Source of the DNA: Heterodontus francisci
Taxonomy: Eukaryota
Assembly (NCBI RefSeq): GCF_036365525.1
Contig: NC_090378.1
Location: 119,955,593-120,019,592 of the forward strand
Length of the DNA stretch: 64,000 nucleotides
Direction of reading: 5' to 3'
The notes under the pieces: generated by a model
Seen by the model: the letters and a program-made list of their open reading frames with translations, nothing else
The model's database searches: none
What the model was told of the DNA's origin: nothing
Shown here: positions 53,401 through 64,000 of the stretch, in pieces
Layout: every line of letters starts with the position of its first letter
Numbering within the stretch: the stretch's first letter is position 1
Translations under genes and position numbers: made by a program

Positions 53401-56400
53401 TACTCAGGTACATCACACTTCACAATCCAGTCTGTGTACTCAGGTATATAACACTTCACAAACCTGACTGTGTACATATGTACATCACACTTCACAATCC
53501 GGTCTGTGTACTCAGGTACATCACACTTCACAATCCAGTCTGTGTACACAGGTACATCACACTTCACAATCCAGTCTGTGTAATCAGGAACATCACACTT
53601 CACAATCCAGTCTGTGTACACAGATACATCACCCTTCACAATCCAATCTGTGTACTCGTGTACATCACACTTCACAATCCGGTCTGTGTACTCAGGTACA
53701 TCACACTTCACAGTCCAGTCTGTGTACTCAGGTACATCACAATTCACAATCCAGTCCGTGTTCTCAGGTACATCACACTTCGCAATCCAGTCCGTGTATT
53801 CAGGTACATCACACTTCACAATCCAGTCTGTGTACTCAGGAAAATCACACTTCACAATCCAGTCTGTGTACTCAGGAAAATCACACTTCACAATCCAGTC
53901 TGTGTACTCAGGTACATCACACTTCGCAATCCCGTCTGTGTACTCAGGTGCATCACACTTCACAATCCAGTCTGTGTACTCAGGTACATCACACTTCACA
54001 ATCCAGTCTCTGTACTCAGGTACATCACACTTCACAATTCATTCTGTGTACTCAGGTACATCACACTTCACAATCCAGTCTGTGTAGTCAGGTACATCAC
54101 ACTTCACAATCCACTCTGTGTACTCAGGTACATCACACTTCACAATCCAGTCCGTGTTCTCAGGTACATCACACTTCACAATCCAGTCTGTGTACTCAGG
54201 TATATCACACTTCACAATCCAGTCTGTGTACTCCGATACATCACACTTCACAATCCAGTCTGTGTACTCAGGTACATCACACTTCACAATCCGGTCTGTG
54301 TACTCAGGTACATCACACTTCACAATCCATTCTGTGTACTCAGGAACATCACACTTCACAATCCAGTCTGTGTACTCAGGTACATCACACTTCACAATCC
54401 AGTCTCTGTGCTCAGGTACATCACACTTCACAATCCATTCTGTGTACTCAGGTACATCACACTTCACAATCCGGTCTGTGTACTCAGGTACATCACACTT
54501 CACAATCCAGTCTGGGTACTCAGGTACATCACACTTCACAATCCAGTCTCTGTACTCAGGTACATCACACTTCACAATCCATTCTGTGTACTCAGGTACA
54601 TCACACTTCACAATCCAGTCTGTGTACTCAGATACATCACACTTCACAATCCAGTCTGTGTACTCAGGTACATCACACTTCACAATCCAGTCTGTGTACT
54701 CAGATACATCACACTTCACAATCCGGTCTGTGTACTCAGGTACATCACACTTCACAATCCATTCTGTGTACTCAGGTACATCACACTTCACAATCCAGTC
54801 CGTGTACTCAGGTACATCACACTTCACAATCCATTCTGTGTACTCAGGTACATCACACTTCACAATCCAGTCTGTGTACTCAGGTACATCACACTTCACA
54901 ATCCAGTCTGTGTACTCAGGAACATCACACTTCACAATCCAGTCTGTGTACTCAGGTACATCACACTTCACAATCCATTCTGTGTACTCAGGTACATCAC
55001 ACTTCACAATCCACTCTGTGTACTCAGGTACATCACACTTCACAATCCAGTCTGTGTACTCAGGTATATCACACTTCACAATCCAGTCTGTGTACTCCGA
55101 TACATCACACTTCACAATCCAGTCTGTGTACTCAGGTACATCACACTTCACAATCCGGTCTGTGTACTCAGGGACATCACACTTCACAATCCATTCTGTG
55201 TACTCAGGTACATCACACTTCACAATCCAGTCTGTGTACTCAGGAAAATCACACTTCACAATCCAGTCTGTGTACTCAGGAAAATCACACTTCACAATCC
55301 AGTCTGTGTACTCAGGTACATCACACTTCGCAATCCCGTCTGTGTACTCAGGTGCATCACACTTCACAATCCAGTCTGTGTACTCAGGTACATCACACTT
55401 CACAATCCAGTCTCTGTACTCAGGTACATCACACTTCACAATCCATTCTGTGTACTCAGGTACATCACACTTCACAATCCAGTCTGTGTAGTCAGGTACA
55501 TCACACTTCACAATCCACTCTGTGTACTCAGGTACATCACACTTCACAATCCAGTCCGTGTTCTCAGGTACATCACACTTCACAATCCAGTCTGTGTACT
55601 CAGGTATATCACACTTCACAATCCAGTCTGTGTACTCCGATACATCACACTTCACAATCCATTCTGTGTACTCAGGAACATCACACTTCACAATCCAGTC
55701 TGTGTACTCAGGTACATCACACTTCACAATCCAGTCTCTGTGCTCAGGTACATCACACTTCACAATCCATTCTGTGTACTCAGGTACATCACACTTCACA
55801 ATCCGGTCTGTGTACTCAGGTACATCACTCTTCACAATCCAGTCTGGGTACTCAGGTACATCACACTTCACAATCCAGTCTCTGTACTCAGGTACATCAC
55901 ACTTCACAATCCATTCTGTGTACTCAGATACATCACACTTCACAATCCGGTCTGTGTACTCAGGTACATCACACTTCACAATCCATTCTGTGTACTCAGG
56001 TACATCACACTTCACAATCCAGTCTGTGTACTCAGATACATCACACTTCACAATCCAGTCTGAGTACTCAGGTACATCACACTTCACAATCCAGTCTGTG
56101 TACTCAGATACATCAAACTTCACAATCCGGTCTGTGTACTCAGGTACATCACACTTCACAATCCATTCTGTGTACTCAGGTACATCACACTTCACAATCC
56201 AGTCCGTGTACTCAGGTACATCACACTTCACAATCCATTCTGTGTACTCAGGTACATCACACTTCACAATCCAGTCTGTGTACTCAGGTACATCACACTT
56301 CACAATCCATTCTGTGTACTCAGGTACATCACACTTCACAGTCCAGTCTGTGTACTCTGGTACATCACACTTCACAATCCAGTCTGTGTACTCAGATACA

Positions 56401-59400
56401 TCACACTTCACAATCCGGTCTGTGTACTCAGGTACATCACACTTCACAAACCTGACTGTGTACTCATGTACATCACAATTCACAATCCAGTCCGTGTACT
56501 CAGGTACATCACACTTCACAATCCATTCTGTGTACTCAGGTACATCACACTTCACAATCCATTCTGTGTACTCAGGTACATCACACTTCACAATCCAGTC
56601 TGTGTACTCAGGAACATCACACTTCACAATCCAGTCTGTGTACTCAGGTACATCACACTTCACAATCCATTCTGTGTACTCAGGTACATCACACTTCACA
56701 ATCCAGTCTGTGTACTCAGGTACATCACACTTCACAATCCAGTCTGTGTAATCAGGTATATCACACTTCACAATCCAGTCTGTGTACTCCGATACATCAC
56801 ACTTCACAATCCAGTCTGTGTACTCAGGTACATCACACTTCACAATCCGGTCTGTGTACTCAGGGACATCACACTTCACAATCCATTCTGTGTACTCAGG
56901 TACATCACACTTCGCAATCCAGTCTGTGTACTCAGGTACATCACACTTCACAATCCAGACTGTGTACTCAGGTACATCACACTTCACAATCCATTCTGTG
57001 TACTTAGGTACATCACACTTCGCAATCCAGTCTGTGTACTCAGATACATCACACTTCACAATCCGGTCTGTGTACTCAGGTACATCACACTTCACAATCC
57101 AGACTGTGTACTCAGGTACATCACACTTCACAATCCGGTCTGTGTACTCAGGTACATCACACTTCACAATCCAGACTGTGTACTCAGGTACATCACACTT
57201 CACAATCCATTCTGTGTAATCAGCAACATCACACTTCACAATCCAATCTGTGTACTCGTGTACATCACACTTCACAATCCGGTCTGTGTACTCAGGTACA
57301 TCACACTTCACAATCCAGACTGTGTACTCAGGTACATCACACTTCACAATCCATTCTGTGTACTCAGGTACATTCACTTCGCAATCCAGTTCGTGTACTC
57401 AGGCACATCACACGTCACAATCCGGTCTGTGTACTCAGGTACATCACACTTCACAGTCCAGTCTGTGTACTCAGGTACATCACACTTCACAATCCAGTCC
57501 GTGTTCTCAGGTACATCACACTTCACAATCCAGTCTGTGTATTCAGGTACATCACACTTCACAAACCATTCTGTGTACTCAGGTACATCACACTTCACAA
57601 TCCAGTCCGTGTTCTCAGGTACATCACACTTCGCAATCCAGTCCGTGTATTCAGGTACATCACACTTCACAATCCATTCAGTGTACTCAGGTACATCACA
57701 CTTCACAATCCAGTCTGTGTACTCAGGTACATCACACTTCACAATCCAGTCCGTGTTCTCAGGTATATCACACTTCACAATCCCGTCTGTGTGCTCAGGT
57801 ACATCACACTTCACAATCCAGTCTGTGTACTCAGGTACATCACACTTCACAATCCAGTCTCTGTACTCAGGTACATCACAGTTCACAATCCACTCTGTGT
57901 ACTCAGGTACATCACACTTCACAATCCAGTCCGTGTTCTCAGGTACATCACACTTCACAATCCAGTCTGTGTACTCAGGTATATCACACTTCACAATCCA
58001 GTCTGTGTACTCAGGAACATCACACTTCACAATCCGGTCTGTGTACTCAGGTACATCACACTTCACAATCCATTCTGTGTACTCAGGTACATCACACTTC
58101 ACAATCCAGTCCGTGTACTCAGGTACCTCACACTTCACAATCCAGTCTGTGTACTCAGGTACATGACACTTCACAATCCAGTCTGTGTACTCAGGTCCAT
58201 GACACTTCACAATACAGTCTCTGTACTCAGGTACATCACACTTCACAATCCATTCTGTGTACTCAGGTACATCACACTTCACAACCCAGTCCGTGTTCTC
58301 AGGTATATCACACTTCACAATCCACTCTGTGTACTCAGGTACATCACACTTCACAATCCAGTCCGTGTACTCAGGTACATCACACTTCACAATCCAGTCT
58401 GTGTCCTCAGGGACATCACACTTCACCATCCGGTCTGTGTACTCAGGTACATCACACTTCAGAATCCAGTCTGTGTACTCAGGTACATCACACTTCACAA
58501 TCCAGTCTGTGTACTCAGGTACATCACACTTCACAATCCAGTCCGTGTTCTCAGGTACATCACACTTCACAATCCAGACTGTGTATTCAGGTACATCACA
58601 CTTCACAAACCATTCTGTGTACTCAGGTACATCACACTTCACAATCCAGTCCGTGTTCTCAGGTACATCACACTTCGCAATCCAGTCCGTGTATTCAGGT
58701 ACATCACACTTCACAATCCATTCAGTGTACTCAGGTACATCACACTTCACAATCCAGTCTGTGTACTCAGGTACATCACACTTCACAATCCAGTCCGTGT
58801 TCTCAGGTACATCACACTTCGCAATCCAGTCTGTGTACTCAGGTATATCACACTTCACAATCCCGTCTGTGTGCTCAGGTACATCACACTTCACAATCCA
58901 GTCTGTGTACTCAGGTACATCACACTTCACAATCCAGTCTCTGTACTCAGGTACATCACAGTTCACAATCCACTCTGTGTACTCAGGTACATCACACTTC
59001 ACAATCCAGTCCGTGTTCTCAGGTACATCACACTTCACAATCCAGTCTGTGTACTCAGGTATATCACACTTCACAATCCAGTCTGTGTACTCAGGAACAT
59101 CACACTTCACAATCCGGTCTGTGTACTCAGGTACATCACACTTCACAATCCATTCTGTGTACTCAGGTACATCACACTTAACAATCCAGTCCGTGTACTC
59201 AGGTACCTCACACTTCACAATCCAGTCTGTGTACTCAGGTACATGACACTTCACAATCCAGTCTGTGTATTCAGGTCCATGACACTTCACAATCCAGTCT
59301 CTGTACTCAGGTACATCACACTTCACAATCCATTCTGTGTACTCAGGTACATCACACTTCACAACCCAGTCCGTGTTCTCAGGTATATCACACTTCACAA

Positions 59401-62400
59401 TCCACTCTGTGTACTCAGGTACATCACACTTCACAATCCAGTCCGTGTACTCAGGTACATCACACTTCACAATCCAGTCTGTGTCCTCAGGGACATCACA
59501 CTTCACCATCCGGTCTGTGTACTCAGGTACATCACACTTCAGAATCCAGTCTGTGTACTCAGGTACATCACACTTCACAATCCAGTCTGTGTACTCAGGT
59601 ACATCACACTTCACAATCCAGTCTGTGTACTCAGGAACATCACACTTCACAATCCAGTCAGTGTACACAGGTACATCGCACTTGACAATCCACTCTGTGT
59701 ACTCAGGTACATCACACTTCACAATCCGTTCTGTGTACTCAGGTACATCACAATTCACAGTCCAGTCTGTGTATTCAGATGCGTCACACTTCACAATCCA
59801 TTCTGTGTACTCAGGTACATCACTCTTCACAATCCGGTCTGTGTACTCAGGTACATCACACTTCACAATCCGGTCTGTGTACTCAGGTACATCACACTTC
59901 ACAATCCAGTCTGTGCACTCAGGAACATCACAATTCACAATCCTGTCTGTGTACTCAGGTACATCACACTTCACAATCCGGTCTGAGTACTCAGGTATAT
60001 CAAACTTCACAATCCGGTCCGTGTACTCAGAACATCACAATTCACAATCCAGTCTGTGCACTCAGGTACATCACACTTCACAATCCGGTCTGAGTACTCA
60101 GGTATATCAAACTTCACAATCCGGTCCGTGTACTCAGAACATCACAATTCACAATCCAGTCTGTGCACTCAGGTATATCAAACTTCACAATCCGGTCTGT
60201 GTACTCAGAACATCACAATTCACAATCCAGTCTGTGTACTCAGATACATCACCCTTCACAATCCAATCTGTGTACTCAGGTACATCACACTTCACAATCC
60301 AGTCTATGTACTCAGGTACATCACACTTCACAATCCAGTCTGTGTACTCAGGAACATGGCACTTCACAATCCAGTCTGTGTACTCAGGTACATCACACTT
60401 CACAATCCAGTCTGTGTACTCAGGTATATAACACTTCACAAACCTGACTGTGTACACATGTACATCACACTTCACAATCCGGTCTGTGTACTCAGGTACA
60501 TCACACTTCACAATCCAGTCTGTGTACACAGGTACATCACACTTCACAATCCAGTCTGTGTAATCAGGAACATCACACTTCACAATCCAGTCTGTGTACA
60601 CAGATACATCACCCTTCACAATCCAATCTGTGTACTCGTGTACATCACACTTCACAATCCGGTCTGTGTACTCAGGTACATCACACTTCACAGTCCAGTC
60701 TGTGTACTCAGGTACATCACACTTCACAATCCAGTCCGTGTTCTCAGGTACATCACACTTCGCAATCCATTCTGTGTACTCAGGTACATCACACTTCACA
60801 ACCCAGTCCGTGTTCTCAGGTATATCACACTTCACAATCCAGTCCGTGTTCTCAGGTACATCACACTTCGCAATCCAGTCTGTGTACTCAGGTATATCAC
60901 ACTTCACAATCCCGTCTGTGTGCTCAGGTACATCACACTTCACAATCCAGTCTGTGTACTCAGGTACATCACACTTCACAATCCAGTCTCTGTACTCAGG
61001 TACATCACAGTTCACAATCCACTCTGTGTACTCAGGTACATCACACTTCACAATCCAGTCCGTGTTCTCAGGTACATCACACTTCACAATCCAGTCTGTG
61101 TACTCAGGTATATCACACTTCACAATCCAGTCTGTGTACTCAGGTACATCACACTTCACAATCCAGTCCGTGTTCTCAGGTACATCACACTTCACAATCC
61201 AGTCTGTGCATTCAGGTACATCACACTTCACAAACCATTCTGTGTACTCAGGTACATCACACTTCACAATCCAGTCCGTGTTCTCAGGTACATCACACTT
61301 CGCAATCCAGTCCGTGTATTCAGGTACATCACACTTCACAATCCATTCAGTGTACTCAGGTACATCACACTTCACAATCCAGTCTGTGTACTCAGGTACA
61401 TCACACTTCACAATCCAGTCCGTGTTCTCAGGTACATCACACTTCGCAATCCAGTCTGTGTACTCAGGTATATCACACTTCACAATCCCGTCTGTGTGCT
61501 CAGGTACATCACACTTCACAATCCAGTCTGTGTACTCAGGTACATCACACTTCACAATCCAGTCTCTGTACTCAGGTACATCACAGTTCACAATCCACTC
61601 TGTGTACTCAGGTACATCACACTTCACAATCCAGTCCGTGTTCTCAGGTACATCACACTTCACAATCCAGTCTGTGTACTCAGGTATATCACACTTCACA
61701 ATCCAGTCTGTGTACTCAGGAACATCACACTTCACAATCCGGTCTGTGTACTCAGGTACATCACACTTCACAATCCATTCTGTGTACTCAGGTACATCAC
61801 ACTTCACAATCCAGTCCGTGTACTCAGGTACCTCACACTTCACAATCCATTCTGTGTACTCAGGTACATGACACTTCACAATCCAGTCTGTGTACTCAGG
61901 TCCATGACACTTCACAATCCAGTCTCTGTACTCAGGTACATCACACTTCACAATCCACTCTGTGTACTCAGGTACATCACACTTCACAATCCAGTCCGTG
62001 TACTCAGGTACATCACACTTCACAATCCAGTCTGTGTCCTCAGGGACATCACACTTCACCATCCGGTCTGTGTACTCAGGTACATCACACTTCAGAATCC
62101 AGTCTGTGTACTCAGGTACATCACACTTCACAATCCAGTCTGTGTACTCAGGTACATCACACTTCACAATCCAGTCTGTGTACTCAGGAACATCACACTT
62201 CACAATCCAGTCAGTGTACACAGGTACATCGCACTTGACAATCCACTCTGTGTACTCAGGTACATCACACTTCACAATCCGTTCTGTGTACTCAGGTACA
62301 TCACAATTCACAGTCCAGTCTGTGTATTCAGATGCGTCACACTTCACAATCCATTCTGTGTACTCAGGTACATCACTCTTCACAATCCGGTCTGTGTACT

Positions 62401-64000
62401 CAGGTACATCACACTTCACAATCCGGTCTGTGTACTCAGGTACATCACACTTCACAATCCAGTCTGTGCACTCAGGAACATCACAATTCACAATCCTGTC
62501 TGTGTACTCAGGTACATCACACTTCACAATCCGGTCTGAGTACTCAGGTATATCAAACTTCACAATCCGGTCCGTGTACTCAGAACATCACAATTCACAA
62601 TCCAGTCTGTGCACTCAGGTACATCACACTTCACAATCCGGTCTGAGTACTCAGGTATATCAAACTTCACAATCCGGTCCGTGTACTCAGAACATCACAA
62701 TTCACAATCCAGTCTGTGCACTCAGGTACATCACACTTCACAATCCGGTCTGAGTACTCAGGTATATCAAACTTCACAATCCGGTCCGTGTACTCAGAAC
62801 ATCACAATTCACAATCCAGTCTGTGCACTCAGGTATATCAAACTTCACAATCCGGTCTGTGTACTCAGAACATCACAATTCACAATCCAGTCTGTGTACT
62901 CAGATACATCACCCTTCACAATCCAATCTGTGTACTCAGGTACATCACACTTCACAATCCAGTCTATGTACTCAGGTACATCACACTTCACAATCCAGTC
63001 TGTGTACTCAGGAACATGGCACTTCACAATCCAGTCTGTGTACTCAGGTACATCACACTTCACAATCCAGTCTGTGTACTCAGGTATATAACACTTCACA
63101 AACCTGACTGTGTACACATGTACATCACACTTCACAATCCGGTCTGTGTACTCAGGTACATCACACTTCACAATCCAGTCTGTGTACACAGGTACATCAC
63201 ACTTCACAATCCAGTCTGTGTAATCAGGAACATCACACTTCACAATCCAGTCTGTGTACACAGATACATCACCCTTCACAATCCAATCTGTGTACTCGTG
63301 TACATCACACTTCACAATCCGGTCTGTGTACTCAGGTACATCACACTTCACAGTCCAGTCTGTGTACTCAGGTACATCACACTTCACAATCCAGTCCGTG
63401 TTCTCAGGTACATCACACTTCGCAATCCATTCTGTGTACTCAGGTACATCACACTTCACAACCCAGTCCGTGTTCTCAGGTATATCACACTTCACAATCC
63501 AGTCCGTGTTCTCAGGTACATCACACTTCGCAATCCAGTCTGTGTACTCAGGTATATCACACTTCACAATCCCGTCTGTGTGCTCAGGTACATCACACTT
63601 CACAATCCAGTCTGTGTACTCAGGTACATCACACTTCACAATCCAGTCTCTGTACTCAGGTACATCACAGTTCACAATCCACTCTGTGTACTCAGGTACA
63701 TCACACTTCACAATCCAGTCCGTGTTCTCAGGTACATCACACTTCACAATCCAGTCTGTGTACTCAGGTATATCACACTTCACAATCCAGTCTGTGTACT
63801 CAGGTACATCACACTTCACAATCCAGTCCGTGTTCTCAGGTACATCACACTTCACAATCCAGTCTGTGCATTCAGGTACATCACACTTCACAAACCATTC
63901 TGTGTACTCAGGTACATCACACTTCACAATCCAGTCCGTGTTCTCAGGTACATCACACTTCGCAATCCAGTCCGTGTATTCAGGAACATCACACTTCACA
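38426..64000. repeat. 36-bp tandem satellite, about 710 copies, with higher-order structure, running off the right edge
   Basis: Consensus TCCAGTCTGTGTACTCAGGTACATCACACTTCACAA repeats with no unique spacers. Occasional 35-bp units shift the reading frames. Confidence 0.98.

Noticed and set aside
38426-64000. CRISPR array (36-bp repeat length)
   Set aside because: Units are directly head-to-tail with no unique spacers, there are no cas genes, and the context is vertebrate.
38426-64000. Cryptic RSSs in the 36-bp unit (CACAATC, CACACTT, CACAGAC)
   Set aside because: Heptamer matches are at most 5/7, and the best nonamer I found at 12 or 23 spacing is about 4/9.
1-64000. Satellite unit multiples near nucleosome repeat length (3x61, 5x36, 8x23)
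   Set aside because: Any short unit has a multiple near 180 bp, and no HOR of that size dominates.

Overview
This window is vertebrate genomic DNA, most likely from a cartilaginous fish (shark), judged from the Ig leader/V sequence and the CR1, L2 and Harbinger-type repeats. About 82% of it is tandem repeat, in five unrelated arrays with units of 61, 43/44, 32, 23 and 36 bp. The only confidently identified gene is an intact, unrearranged immunoglobulin kappa-type light-chain V segment on the minus strand. It has an octamer-like motif, a TATA box, a leader exon (18212-18260), a 186-bp intron, a V exon (17725-18025) and a perfect 12-RSS (17697-17724). Five bases past the RSS nonamer, a 61-bp array of at least 17.7 kb begins and runs off the window, filling the interval where J is expected. 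Each unit carries two RSS-heptamer-like motifs, and one of them sits exactly 23 bp from a 6/9 nonamer-like sequence. The remainder is decayed LINE and DNA-transposon fragments, a 959-N assembly gap and one candidate orphan terminal exon. Almost all long ORFs in the track are artefacts of stop-poor satellite units.
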